This document shows, in pieces, positions 30,712-40,326 of a stretch of DNA of 45,446 bases. The notes beneath the pieces were generated by a model that saw only the letters and a list, made by a program, of their open reading frames with translations, was not told the origin of the DNA and searched no databases. Made by a program: the position numbers and the translations under genes. Source of the stretch: an uncultured Sphingomonas sp. Lineage in GTDB: Bacteria > Pseudomonadota > Alphaproteobacteria > Sphingomonadales > Sphingomonadaceae. The first letter of the stretch is position 1; each line of letters starts with the position of its first letter. The stretch lies in NCBI GenBank assembly GCA_965653215.1, contig CBFGZJ010000001.1:1-45446 (forward strand). The letters run 5' to 3'.

Positions 30712-31451
30712 CAGGCGATGCTGGCAGCGTAGAGCGCGACGGCTGCGGCGGTGGAAACATTCAGGCTCTCGACTGCGTCGGTGATCGGTAGCCGGGCCAG
30801 CGCGTCACAATGTTCCCGCGTGTTTGCTCTCATACCGGCACCCTCCGCGCCAAGTACGAGGGCGACACGCTGCGGTCCCAGGGCATCCTTCAGGTCGGTT
30901 GGCGCGTCCCCCGACAATCCGATCCGCCACCATCCTGCTTCGGCGATCTCCTCAAGTGCCCGCGCCAGGTTCACGACCCGCACCCACGGCACTCGCTCAA
31001 GAGCGCCCGACGCAGCCTTGGCCAAGGCGCCGCCTTCCGGTGGCGAGTGGCGGTCCTGAGTAACGATCCCGACCGCTCCAAAGGCAGCGGCTGACCGAAG
31101 GATCGCCCCAACATTGTGCGGGTCGGTCACTTGATCGAGCACCAGAAGGACTGCCCGTTGGTCAGCATCTCCCAGCAGATCACCGAGCCACAGATCGTCC
31201 AGCGGCTCGACTTCGATCACGACGCCTTGATGGGGTGCGTCATTGGGGACCAGTCGGCCCAGGTCGGCCACGTCCGCGAAGGTGACCGGCACTTCCTTCG
31301 GGAATTGCATGAATTCGGCGGTGTCGCGGGTCGCCCAGGCTTTCAACACTCGCCGCTGCGGGTTGTCCAAGGCAGCGGCAACGGCGTGCTTACCCCAGAA
31401 ACGAGGGCGCTTGGCAGTGCCATGATGTTGGTGCGATCGCTTGCGGGCCAC
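30711..31451 (-). CDS. rlmB: 23S rRNA (G2251) 2'-O-methyltransferase, TrmH/SpoU family
   Basis: HQGV, LDQVTDPHNVGAILRSA, LGAEGAG, ESLNVS. Confidence 0.9.
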   Translation of the reverse strand: MARKRSHQHHGTAKRPRFWGKHAVAAALDNPQRRVLKAWATRDTAEFMQFPKEVPVTFADVADLGRLVPNDAPHQGVVIEVEPLDDLWLGDLLGDADQRAVLLVLDQVTDPHNVGAILRSAAAFGAVGIVTQDRHSPPEGGALAKAASGALERVPWVRVVNLARALEEIAEAGWWRIGLSGDAPTDLKDALGPQRVALVLGAEGAGMRANTREHCDALARLPITDAVESLNVSTAAAVALYAASIA

Positions 31452-31519
31452 CGTGCGGCTTTGTCACCGCGCGGCCGCTCAGGCAACCACGCGCACACCC
31501 GCCGGAGCGGGAGCTCAGC

Positions 31520-32203
31520 TCATCCCTCGGAATCAAGCGCGTAACCAGCGCTCCGGACAGTGCGGATCAGATCGGGCTCGCCAAGCGCCTGGCGGAGGCG
31601 CCGAATGTGTACGTCCACGGTGCGTAGCTCGATATCCTCGCTGTGCGGCCAGACCATCTCGAGCAGCTGCTGCCGCGAGAAGACTCGTCCTGCATTCTCA
31701 AGAAAATGGCGCAGCAGCCGATATTCGGTGGGACCGAGAGCGACGGGCTGATTGTTCCGCCGAACGCGGTGACCCGCCAGGTCCATCTCAATGTCGGCGT
31801 AGCTCAACTGCTCGGCAGCGAGGGCAGGGCGCACCCTCCGCAGCACTGCCGAGGCTCTTGCGACCAGCTCCTTCGGGCTGAACGGCTTGGTCACATAGTC
31901 GTCGGCACCGGTTTCGAGGCCGCGAATCCGGTCGTCCTCCTCCCCGCGCGCGGTGAGCATGACAATCGGCAGGCTGGACGTAATCTGGCGGCGGCGAAGG
32001 CGGCGGCAAACCTCAATCCCGCTAATCCCCTCGATCATCCAGTCGAGCAGCACGAGGTCGGGGCGGACCTCTTCGGCGAGGATCAGCGCTTCTTCACCAT
32101 CGCCGGTGCGAGTCACCGCGTATCCGGCACGATCGAAATGAAAGGCGATGAGATCGGCCAACGCACGATCGTCCTCGACCAGCAGAAGGCGCTTTGCGGT
32201 CAT
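31520..32203 (-). CDS. phoB: Phosphate regulon response regulator PhoB
   Basis: REC domain (LLDWM) plus winged helix (RTVDVHIRRLR); last gene of the pst-phoU operon. Confidence 0.95.
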   Translation of the reverse strand: MTAKRLLLVEDDRALADLIAFHFDRAGYAVTRTGDGEEALILAEEVRPDLVLLDWMIEGISGIEVCRRLRRRQITSSLPIVMLTARGEEDDRIRGLETGADDYVTKPFSPKELVARASAVLRRVRPALAAEQLSYADIEMDLAGHRVRRNNQPVALGPTEYRLLRHFLENAGRVFSRQQLLEMVWPHSEDIELRTVDVHIRRLRQALGEPDLIRTVRSAGYALDSEG

Positions 32204-32904
32204 GCCGGCAAGGGCGCCGTCGACCGCACCCGCTCAGCCATGTGGTCGCCGGTTGCCGCATAATAGACCATCTCGGCGATGTTCGTGGCGTGATCGCCAA
32301 TCCGCTCCAGATTTTTGGCAACAAACAGGAGGTGCGCCGCCTGGCTGATGTTCTGCGGATTTTCCATCATGAAGGTCAGCAGTGTGCGGAAAATGCTGTT
32401 GTAGAAATCGTCGAGCGCGGCATCGCGCTCGCATACGCGCTCCGCGGTTTCGGCATCGCGTTCGACAAAGGCGTCGAGCACGTCATGCACCATTTCCGTC
32501 GCGATGCGCGCCATTTCGGGGAGGAGAGCGAGTGGTTCGATCCCCTTGCTGTTCTCCAGGAGCGGAACGCGCTTGGCGATGTTCTTCGCGTAATCGCCGA
32601 TCCGCTCGACCACTCCCGAGATCTTGAGGGCGGCGACAACGTCGCGCAGATCGCCTGCCATCGGCGCGCGCAGTGCAATCAGCTGGATGACCCGCCGCTC
32701 CGTCTCGTTTTCAAGCGCGTCGAGCTTTTTGTCTTCCTCGATCACCCGCCGGGCAGCGTCGGTATCGCGCTGAACCAGGCACCGCATCGCTTCGCCAATG
32801 GCATGCTCCGCCAATCCCCCCATCTGACTGATCAGGGCACGCAACCGGTCGAGGTCTTCGTCGAACGCCTTGATCGTGTGTCCATGAGTTTGTTGCTGCA
32901 TCAT
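32200..32904 (-). CDS. phoU: Phosphate signalling protein PhoU
   Basis: APMAGDLR, ERIGDYAKNIA, ERIGDHATNIAE. Confidence 0.96.
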   Translation of the reverse strand: MMQQQTHGHTIKAFDEDLDRLRALISQMGGLAEHAIGEAMRCLVQRDTDAARRVIEEDKKLDALENETERRVIQLIALRAPMAGDLRDVVAALKISGVVERIGDYAKNIAKRVPLLENSKGIEPLALLPEMARIATEMVHDVLDAFVERDAETAERVCERDAALDDFYNSIFRTLLTFMMENPQNISQAAHLLFVAKNLERIGDHATNIAEMVYYAATGDHMAERVRSTAPLPA

Positions 32905-32914
32905 AGCGCTCCGA

Positions 32915-33844
32915 TCAGCCGTAGCGGCCGGTGATATAGTCCTGCGTGCGTTGCTCGCGCGGATTGGTGAAGATTTCCGAAGTCTTGCCGTGCTCGATCA
33001 GCTCGCCAAGGTGGAAGAATGCGGTGCGCTGGCTGACCCGTGCGGCCTGCTGCATGTTGTGGGTGACGATCGCGATTGCGTAGCGGCCGCGCAGGTGATG
33101 GATTAGCTCTTCGATTTTCGCCGTTGCGATCGGATCGAGCGCAGAGCAAGGCTCGTCCATCAGGATCACTTCCGGATCGACCGCGATCGCCCTGGCGATG
33201 CAGAGCCGCTGCTGCTGGCCGCCCGACAGTGCAGTGCCGCTCTCCTGAAGCCGATCCTTGACCTCTTCCCACAGGCCAGCACGCTGCAGCGACTCTTCGA
33301 CGATCCGATCGAGATCAGCCTTGTTCGGCGCCAAGCCGTGGATGCGCGGCCCATAGGCTACGTTCTCGAAGATTGACTTCGGGAAGGGGTTTGGCTTCTG
33401 GAACACCATGCCGACCCGCGCGCGGAGCTGAACCACGTCCATGTCGGAGGAATGAATGTCCTCGCCGTCGAGGTGGATATCGCCAGTGACCCGCGCCCCT
33501 TGGATAGTGTCGTTCATCCGGTTGAGCGTGCGAAGAAAGGTCGACTTGCCGCATCCCGACGGGCCGATGAAGGCGGTGACGAGATCGTCGCGGATATCAA
33601 TGGAGACGTCCTTGAGAGCCTGCTTCTCCCCATAGAAGACGCTGACCTCGCGGGCGCTCATCTTCGGGGTGCGGGCTGGCTCATGCGCCGGTGCGGCGGC
33701 GGGCTGGTCCGCAACGGCCGGCGGGTCCAGCGCGGGAGCGTGATCTGTTCCGTCGGCCGGAGCGATCGTCCGGTCCGCAGTGAACTGGGTCGGAATGGCG
33801 ACTGACGGGGCGGGGTTGGGGGTGAGCGGCATTTTCTCTCTCAT
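32915..33844 (-). CDS. pstB: Phosphate ABC transporter ATP-binding protein
   Basis: [34 protein letters not shown]; Pro/Ala-rich N-terminal extension. Confidence 0.96.
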   Translation of the reverse strand: MREKMPLTPNPAPSVAIPTQFTADRTIAPADGTDHAPALDPPAVADQPAAAPAHEPARTPKMSAREVSVFYGEKQALKDVSIDIRDDLVTAFIGPSGCGKSTFLRTLNRMNDTIQGARVTGDIHLDGEDIHSSDMDVVQLRARVGMVFQKPNPFPKSIFENVAYGPRIHGLAPNKADLDRIVEESLQRAGLWEEVKDRLQESGTALSGGQQQRLCIARAIAVDPEVILMDEPCSALDPIATAKIEELIHHLRGRYAIAIVTHNMQQAARVSQRTAFFHLGELIEHGKTSEIFTNPREQRTQDYITGRYG

Positions 33845-33852
33845 GGCAATTT

Positions 33853-35106
33853 CTACCAGCGGCGCTCGAAGCGGTTGCGAAGATAAATGGCAGTGGCGTT
33901 CATTAGCAGCATGAACGCGAGGAGGATCAGGATCGCGGCGCTGGTCTTCTCAACGAACGCGCGGTCAACCTCGTCGGACCACAGGAAGATTTGTACCGGC
34001 AACACGGTCGCGGGCTCAGTGATCCCGGTCGGCGGCGCGGCGATAAATGCACGCATGCCGATCATCAGCAGCGGTGCCGTTTCGCCAAGAGCGCGGGCCA
34101 TGCCGATGATCGTTCCGGTCAGGATGCCAGGCAGGGCTAGTGGCAGGACGTGATGGAAGACGACCTGCATCTTGGATGCGCCGACGCCAAGCGCCGCGTC
34201 CCGGATGGACGGCGGTACGGCCTGGATCGCATTACGGCCGGCGATCACGATGACCGGCATGGTCATCAGCGCCAGTGTCAGTCCGCCAACCAGTGGCGCA
34301 GAGCGCGGCAGATGCATGAAATTCAGGAACACCGCGAGGCCGAGCAGGCCGAAGATAATCGAAGGCACAGCGGCCAGATTATTGATCGACACCTCGATGA
34401 TGTCTGTGAACCGATTGCGCGGTGCGAACTCCTCAAGATACAGCGCCGCGAGCACGCCGATGGGGAACGCAAGAGCCATCGTCACCAGGATTGTGAGAAG
34501 GCTTCCCTTCAGTGCTCCCCAAATGCCGGCGGACGCCGGATCAGTCGCGTCGCTCGCGCCGAGGAAGCGGGTGTTGAACGCAGATCTCAGTGTGCCACGC
34601 TGCTCAAGATCGGTGACCAACTTCTCTGCTTCTGGCACCCCTTCCCGCTTCGCTGCGACATCGATCTGACTTGAGACCGGGAGCCACAAATCGGAGCGGC
34701 CGCTTAGTATCTGCGGGTTTTCTGCAAGCTGATCACGCAAGGCTTCGGCAGCGGCCGGCCCGAACAATTCCTCCGCGCCCTGCCCAAATTGCTGCTGCGC
34801 AGCCATTGAGATGGGACCCTCAAGCTCGATCCCGGCGAGCATCTGACGTGCATCTGGCCCGCTCAGCATGGCCGGGTCGATGATCAGGTCCGACCGCGGG
34901 AAATCGATTGTGAGCCGCGCCTCGGTCCGCATGAATCCGCTGGCTCCTCGCATGATCATCGAGCCGAGCAGGAACGCCAGGAACAGAACGGACAAGCCGA
35001 CAGCGAGCAAGCCCAGAAGACGGAAGCGCCGCTCCGCCGCATAGCGGCGGCGAACTCGGGCGCGCGTTGACCCGTCCGTCCAGCGGCTTGAGGTCGTGCT
35101 ATTCAT
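33853..35106 (-). CDS. pstA: Phosphate ABC transporter permease
   Basis: [21 protein letters not shown]. Confidence 0.95.
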   Translation of the reverse strand: MNSTTSSRWTDGSTRARVRRRYAAERRFRLLGLLAVGLSVLFLAFLLGSMIMRGASGFMRTEARLTIDFPRSDLIIDPAMLSGPDARQMLAGIELEGPISMAAQQQFGQGAEELFGPAAAEALRDQLAENPQILSGRSDLWLPVSSQIDVAAKREGVPEAEKLVTDLEQRGTLRSAFNTRFLGASDATDPASAGIWGALKGSLLTILVTMALAFPIGVLAALYLEEFAPRNRFTDIIEVSINNLAAVPSIIFGLLGLAVFLNFMHLPRSAPLVGGLTLALMTMPVIVIAGRNAIQAVPPSIRDAALGVGASKMQVVFHHVLPLALPGILTGTIIGMARALGETAPLLMIGMRAFIAAPPTGITEPATVLPVQIFLWSDEVDRAFVEKTSAAILILLAFMLLMNATAIYLRNRFERRW

Positions 35107-36490
35107 AAGCCTCGCGGTAACGCCTGACCACGGTCAGCGCGATGAGATTGAGGATTAGGGTGATGACAAAGAGCACAAGACCAAGGGCGAAGGCCGCGAG
35201 GGTTTTGGCACTGTCGAATTCCTGATCGCCGGTCAGTAGCTGCACGATCTGGGTCGTGACAGTGGTGACGCTGGCGAAGGGGTTGGCAGTCAAGTTGGCG
35301 GCAAGCCCCGCAGCCATGACGACGATCATCGTTTCACCGATTGCGCGGCTCACGGCGAGCAAGATGCCGCCGACAACCCCTGGGAGCGCAGCAGGCAGCA
35401 GCACCTTGCGGATCGTCTCGGAGGTGGTGGCGCCGAGCGCCAGGCTGCCGTCACGCATCGCTTGAGGCACCGCAGCAATCGAATCGTCTGCCATGGAGCT
35501 GACGAAGGGGATGATCATCACGCCCATCACCAGTCCGGCGGCAAGGGCGCTTTCGCTGCTGGCCGAACTGATGCCGATTGCAAGGCCAAGGTCACGCACC
35601 GCGGGGGCCACGGTTAGAGCCGCGAAATAGCCGTAGACCACAGTCGGGATACCAGCGAGGATCTCGAGCAGCGGCTTCATCCATGCTCGGACTGCGGCCG
35701 GCGCATACTGGGTGAGGAAGATCGCGCTCATCAGGCCAAGCGGGATGGCCACGATCATGGCGATGATCGCCCCGATGAAGATTGTGCCCCAGAACAGTGG
35801 GATCGAACCGAAAGCTCCCGACGACCCCGCCTGATCAGCGCGGAGCGCGGTCTGGGGGCTCCACTCGGTTCCGAACAGGAATTCGGTCGGTGAAATGAGC
35901 GAGAAAAAGCGCAGGCTTTCGAACAGCAGGGAAAGGACAATTCCGAGCGTCGTGAGCACCGCGATCAGCGATGCTGCCACAAGCAGCCCCATGATCCACG
36001 ACTCGACGCCGCGGCGTGCCCGAAAATCAAACCGCACGCGCCGAAGAGCCAATGCCGCTCCCGCCAGGGCCACGAGTATGGCCACTCCGCCCCCGACCAG
36101 CGAAAAGCGCGTGTTCAAGTCGCGGTAAAGCGGGGCGATCTCGGTCGCCTCGGCATTGAAGCCAGCCTCGATCCGGCCGGCGGCGATGTCCTTGGCTTCC
36201 GACAGGATCGATTCGCGCTGCATTTCGAAGGCGGGGAGGGCCTGACCTTGCGGCGTGCTCAGTATTGCACCGTCGACAAAGATTTGTTGCGCGGGCGCCC
36301 AGGCCGCCAGCAGCAAGAGAGCGGGTAGGGCGGTCCACAACGCCGCATAGGCGCCATGATAGGCGGGCAGGGAATTGAGACGCGATCCGCCCGTTGAACG
36401 CGTCTGCAGCTCGGCCGCCCGAGCGCGCGCGAGCCACCATGCGGCAGCCGCGAGCACAAGGATCAGCGCGACGGCTGGAAAGAGGGTCAT
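35099..36490 (-). CDS. pstC: Phosphate ABC transporter permease
   Basis: LAGIPTVVYG, SRAIGETM. Confidence 0.95.
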   Translation of the reverse strand: MTLFPAVALILVLAAAAWWLARARAAELQTRSTGGSRLNSLPAYHGAYAALWTALPALLLLAAWAPAQQIFVDGAILSTPQGQALPAFEMQRESILSEAKDIAAGRIEAGFNAEATEIAPLYRDLNTRFSLVGGGVAILVALAGAALALRRVRFDFRARRGVESWIMGLLVAASLIAVLTTLGIVLSLLFESLRFFSLISPTEFLFGTEWSPQTALRADQAGSSGAFGSIPLFWGTIFIGAIIAMIVAIPLGLMSAIFLTQYAPAAVRAWMKPLLEILAGIPTVVYGYFAALTVAPAVRDLGLAIGISSASSESALAAGLVMGVMIIPFVSSMADDSIAAVPQAMRDGSLALGATTSETIRKVLLPAALPGVVGGILLAVSRAIGETMIVVMAAGLAANLTANPFASVTTVTTQIVQLLTGDQEFDSAKTLAAFALGLVLFVITLILNLIALTVVRRYREAYE

Positions 36491-36508
36491 CGGTGCGGGA
36501 TACCCGGC

Positions 36509-37540
36509 TTACTTGAGGCCGGAGCCGTCAAGCGGTTGAAGCGCCGTGACTTGCTGTGCGGCGGAATTGCGCTCGGCGTCCGGGAACGGCACCAGCCCGC
36601 GTTTCTCGAGCGGGCCACCTGGCGCCCACATCGTCGTGAAAGTGCTGAGAAACTCGCGGATCATTGGCTTAGCCGACAGATGCTCTCCCTTGGCATAGAC
36701 GTAGAGCTTGCGGGCGCCGGGGTAGCTGAGGTTGGCGATGGTTTCCTCGGACGGCACCACTCCGTCGATCTCGACCGCGCGAACCTTGTCCGCATTCTCC
36801 TCGAGGAAGCTGTAGCCGAGAACACCCAGCGTGCCCGGATCGGCGGACACTTTCTGGACGAGCAGATTGTCGTTCTCACCGGCCTCGACGAACGCGCCGT
36901 CCTCACGGACTTTGGTGCAGAATTCCTTATGCTTGTCCTCGTCCGACTTCTTGAGGGCCTTCATCGCCGGGTCGGTTTCACATCCCTTGGTCAGGATGAG
37001 CTCGGCCAGGCTGTCGCGAGTCCCGGACGTTGGCGGCGGACCCAGCACGCGGATCTTCACTGCCGGGAGCGCGGAATTGACGTCCTGCCACGTCTGGGCG
37101 GTATTCGGCTTTCCAAACGGCGTGGCAGCAATTGCCGCGTAGATGTCGCGCACGCTGAGCTTCAGCGGTTGCGCGCTGTTCGCTTCGATCAGTGACAGTC
37201 CATCGATGCCGATCGGGACCTCAATGACCTGCTTGACCCCCGCAGCGGCGCATGAATCGAATTCGCTCTTCTTCATCTGCCGGGACGCGTTGACCATGTC
37301 TGGATGAGCGTCACCGACACCACCGCAGAACAGCTTGATGCCGGCACCTGTGCCGGTGGATTCAACGATTACCCTGTTGCCGGGGTGGGCGCGCTGGAAG
37401 GCTTCTGCGACGGCGGTCGTGAACGGATAGACGGTAGACGAGCCAACGACTGTGATCTGGCCCCGGCTCGCGTTTCCGCCTTCGCTCCCACATGAGGTCA
37501 GGAGCGCCACCAGGGGCAAAGCCAATGCGACACGCTTCAT
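36509..37540 (-). CDS. pstS: Phosphate ABC transporter substrate-binding lipoprotein
   Basis: Lipobox LTSC, GSSTVYP, GTGAG, NASR, SGTRD. Start ATG 37540. Confidence 0.93.
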   Translation of the reverse strand: MKRVALALPLVALLTSCGSEGGNASRGQITVVGSSTVYPFTTAVAEAFQRAHPGNRVIVESTGTGAGIKLFCGGVGDAHPDMVNASRQMKKSEFDSCAAAGVKQVIEVPIGIDGLSLIEANSAQPLKLSVRDIYAAIAATPFGKPNTAQTWQDVNSALPAVKIRVLGPPPTSGTRDSLAELILTKGCETDPAMKALKKSDEDKHKEFCTKVREDGAFVEAGENDNLLVQKVSADPGTLGVLGYSFLEENADKVRAVEIDGVVPSEETIANLSYPGARKLYVYAKGEHLSAKPMIREFLSTFTTMWAPGGPLEKRGLVPFPDAERNSAAQQVTALQPLDGSGLK

Positions 37541-37600
37541 CGTTGAGTTCTCCGGACCGATACCTTGAGCCGCGCCTCTAGACCGGCTCACACGTCGTCA

Positions 37601-37631
37601 TTGTGACGAGCATGTTACAGATTTGTGACTC
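37601..37631 (-). promoter_or_regulatory. Pho boxes upstream of pstS
   Basis: Minus strand gaGTCACaaatctGTAACatgctcGTCACaa: three half-sites at 11-bp period matching CTGTCAT/CTGTCAC; TAGAGG -10 downstream. Confidence 0.85.
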
Positions 37632-38646
37632 AGGAGGCTGATCGGGTCACCGGCAATCGGACCCGCACTTCTGTCCCCTCTCCTTGATGACTGCGGATAT
37701 CCAGCGTCCCGCGATGACGCTCGACGATATGTTTGACGATTGCCAAGCCTAGTCCGGTACCTCCGGAGTTGCGACTTCGCGCGGCATCGACCCGGTAGAA
37801 TCGCTCGGTGATGCGGGGCAGGTGCTCCTGGGGAATCCCTTCGCCATTGTCGGCGACAAACAGAATGACCCCGTCTCGCTCGCTCTTTGCGCCCATGCGT
37901 ATCGCGGGCATGGCGGCGCCGCAGCCATAGCGCAGAGCATTGCCGGCGAGATTGTCCATCATCTGCAGCAACTGCCCGAAGTCGCCGAGCAGCGGCGGCG
38001 GATCATCATCGATCTCTACGTTGAGAATGCATCCGCGCCCTTCCGCAGCCAAGCGGATATGCTCCGCTGCGAGGCTCACGATTTCGGTGGCACTGACCAT
38101 TTCCTGAGGAGGCACGAAGCGGTCGGCCTCGATCCTCGACAAGCTCAGCAGATCCTCGACGATACGGAGCATTCGCCGGCTTTCGTTATGGATGAGTCCG
38201 CCGAAGCGGCGCCGCATGTCGGGATCGATTTCGGTCTCATCGGCCAGCGTTTCGGCATAGCCGCTGATCGAGGCTAGCGGAGTCCGGAGTTCGTGGCTGG
38301 CGTTGGCGACGAAGTCGACCCGCATCCGCTCCGCAGCCCGTGCCGTTGACCGGTCCACCAAGCGCACTAGAATGCATCCATCGGCGACATGGTGGACGTT
38401 CAATTCCCAGGGTCGATCCGGCGCCCCGATCCCCACCACCTCGACCTTGGCATTCTCGCCTGACCGGATCGCGTCCAGCGCCGCCGGGTGGCGAATGGCA
38501 AGCCGTACGTCTTTATCCTTTATTCGCGAACCAAGGATTGTCTCGGCCGCTTGGTTGGCGAACAGAATTCGCCCGGAACGGATCAGGACTGCCGGCTCGT
38601 CAAGCGTATTTAGAAGTAGGCTGGCGTCAGGGAGCGAATTGGCCAT
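37630..38646 (-). CDS. phoR: Phosphate regulon sensor kinase PhoR (no TM region)
   Basis: PAS-like N-terminus, DFVANASHELRTPL, NALRY, ERFYRVD, GGTGLGLAIVKH; upstream of pstS. Confidence 0.92.
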   Translation of the reverse strand: MANSLPDASLLLNTLDEPAVLIRSGRILFANQAAETILGSRIKDKDVRLAIRHPAALDAIRSGENAKVEVVGIGAPDRPWELNVHHVADGCILVRLVDRSTARAAERMRVDFVANASHELRTPLASISGYAETLADETEIDPDMRRRFGGLIHNESRRMLRIVEDLLSLSRIEADRFVPPQEMVSATEIVSLAAEHIRLAAEGRGCILNVEIDDDPPPLLGDFGQLLQMMDNLAGNALRYGCGAAMPAIRMGAKSERDGVILFVADNGEGIPQEHLPRITERFYRVDAARSRNSGGTGLGLAIVKHIVERHRGTLDIRSHQGEGTEVRVRLPVTRSAS

Positions 38647-38682
38647 CGCCGCGCCCTTAGCCCGCTCGGCGGCCTGTGCAAA

Positions 38683-39102
38683 TCAAACAAGTGACGGTCG
38701 CCCGCGCCGGTTACCCCGGAACACGCCGATCCCGATGATCAACAGGATCGGATAGCTCCAGAAGGCCATCGCCGCGGCATAGGCGATCGGAACCAGCCCG
38801 GGTTCGGTCAGCTTGAGGAGATGACCAATGGCGCTGGTGAGCTGGAGGCCAGCCACCCACAATGGCCAGAATCTGTCCGTTCGCAGGGCAATGACCGTGA
38901 ACGCGGCCAAGGTCGCGAAATCCACGCCCGCAACCCAGGTCTCAACGCCCTCGAACCGCTGGGAAACGGGAGAAAGCGAAAGGAGCGTGGCGATGGATGC
39001 GGCAATGCACACCAGGGTGGCATGACGTTCGTCCGACCCGCCTCGAGCCGCCGCATAAAAGGAAATCAGGGCCAGCAGCCCGAAATAGATAAGGACATTC
39101 AT
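38683..39102 (-). CDS. Hypothetical 5-TM membrane protein (139 aa)
   Basis: Five hydrophobic segments; RGGSDER and DRFWPLW motifs. Start ATG 39102. Confidence 0.8.
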   Translation of the reverse strand: MNVLIYFGLLALISFYAAARGGSDERHATLVCIAASIATLLSLSPVSQRFEGVETWVAGVDFATLAAFTVIALRTDRFWPLWVAGLQLTSAIGHLLKLTEPGLVPIAYAAAMAFWSYPILLIIGIGVFRGNRRGRPSLV

Positions 39103-39111
39103 CGCGAGGGC

Positions 39112-39142
39112 GACCGGATCGCAGCGCGACTGCGATCCGGTC
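39112..39142. repeat. Perfect 13-bp inverted repeat (intergenic stem-loop)
   Basis: GACCGGATCGCAG-cgcga-CTGCGATCCGGTC, no U-tract. Confidence 0.9.
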
Positions 39143-39151
39143 AAGCACTCA

Positions 39152-39496
39152 TCAGCCCACGACCCGCAACTGAGCGGTCTTCCGCTCGGGGCATTCGCTG
39201 ACATCACCGAAGCCAACTGCCGTGCGCAGTCCTGGAATATGCTGCTGCGTCTCAACCAGCGCGACATGGCAGTTCGCCATTCCACCGCGAGCGGCCACAA
39301 GGTTGTGAAGCGCGTCAGCCATCTTCTCGAAGGCCGCATGGCTGTCCGCAACCCCGACACCGGTCACGGACCGCGCGCGGATCATCTTCGCCTGCAACTC
39401 GGCCAGTTCGGCAAGAGCGGATTCGATGCTGTCCTCGACAGCACGGACCTGGGTGGCGACATCAAAGGCTGCATTCTCGATCATCTGTTTGCGCAT
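39152..39496 (-). CDS. Hypothetical 114-aa alpha-helical protein
   Basis: Strong AAGGAG RBS; Ala/Glu-rich amphipathic helices; fills the gap between neighbouring genes. Confidence 0.82.
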   Translation of the reverse strand: MRKQMIENAAFDVATQVRAVEDSIESALAELAELQAKMIRARSVTGVGVADSHAAFEKMADALHNLVAARGGMANCHVALVETQQHIPGLRTAVGFGDVSECPERKTAQLRVVG

Positions 39497-39565
39497 GACT
39501 ACTCCTTGCCGGAAACGCGCTCTCGCGGCCGGCTACTGTGCGAACGGATTTGAGAAGCTCGGTGT

Positions 39566-40135
39566 CTACTGGCTCAGCATCCGGCTGAGGCTCTCGAGCC
39601 CGGCGAGGTACATGCCCGCCGAGAAGGCCGCTCCGATCGCGATGATCACGATCCAGACCAGCCTGGCACCGATGCTCATCTCATTTCGCGGGTTACTCCT
39701 CGTGGCGAACGGCAGTGGCAGGGAAGACCAGGATCGATCCGCGCTCCGCTCGGAATTGAGATCGGTCGGTCCGGCCTCCCCTGCGCGGTCGATGTGCCGA
39801 ATCTGAATACCGACCGCACCGCCTTGGTTGCCGCCACCGGCCCGGTCTTCAATGAGCGGTGATTGATGTATCAATCGTTGATATTCTGGGTTGATCGTGG
39901 CGACGATGCGGGCCGCCTGCGTGCGGCGCTCAACCTGAAGCACTTGCAGGGCGCCGCGGATCCGCTGATCGACGGTATGGGGAGAAATGCCGAGGAGCGC
40001 CGCAATTTCTTTCGAAGAGAGATGCTCGGCAACCAGGCGCAGACACTCAAGCTGGCCAGGGCTGAGACGCAGGACCCGTTCGGCAAGCTTCGCCTGCGCG
40101 GTCTGATCACCGTCTGCAAGCTTGTCCACGTGCAT
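39566..40135 (-). CDS. LuxR-type HTH regulator with C-terminal transmembrane helix
   Basis: LSPGQLECLRLV...SSKEIAALLGISPHTVDQRI HTH at the N-terminus; hydrophobic LVWIVIIAIGAAFSAGMYLAGL near the C-terminus. Confidence 0.85.
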   Translation of the reverse strand: MHVDKLADGDQTAQAKLAERVLRLSPGQLECLRLVAEHLSSKEIAALLGISPHTVDQRIRGALQVLQVERRTQAARIVATINPEYQRLIHQSPLIEDRAGGGNQGGAVGIQIRHIDRAGEAGPTDLNSERSADRSWSSLPLPFATRSNPRNEMSIGARLVWIVIIAIGAAFSAGMYLAGLESLSRMLSQ

Positions 40136-40224
40136 TCATTCTTGCCCGGTCATGCGAGTTGCCGTGAGGCCGCTGATTAGAGGCTTAGTGGCCAATCGAG
40201 CAATGGGCGAATCATTGTCGCAGT

Positions 40225-40310
40225 TGGTGGAGAGGGCTGGATTCGAACCAGCGTACGCTTGCGCGGGCAGATTTACAGTCTGCTGCCTTTAACCACTCGG
40301 CCACCTCTCC
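40225..40310 (-). tRNA. tRNA-Tyr (GTA)
   Basis: GGAGAGG acceptor stem, GCAGA-CTGTAAA-TCTGC, long variable arm, encoded CCA. Confidence 0.98.
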
Positions 40311-40326
40311 AGGCAGGCAGGCGCGC

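Noticed and set aside
39103-39360. N-terminal extension of the 225-aa ORF 38683-39360
   Set aside because: Overlaps the 114-aa gene and the stem-loop; the hydrophobic domain begins at ATG 39102
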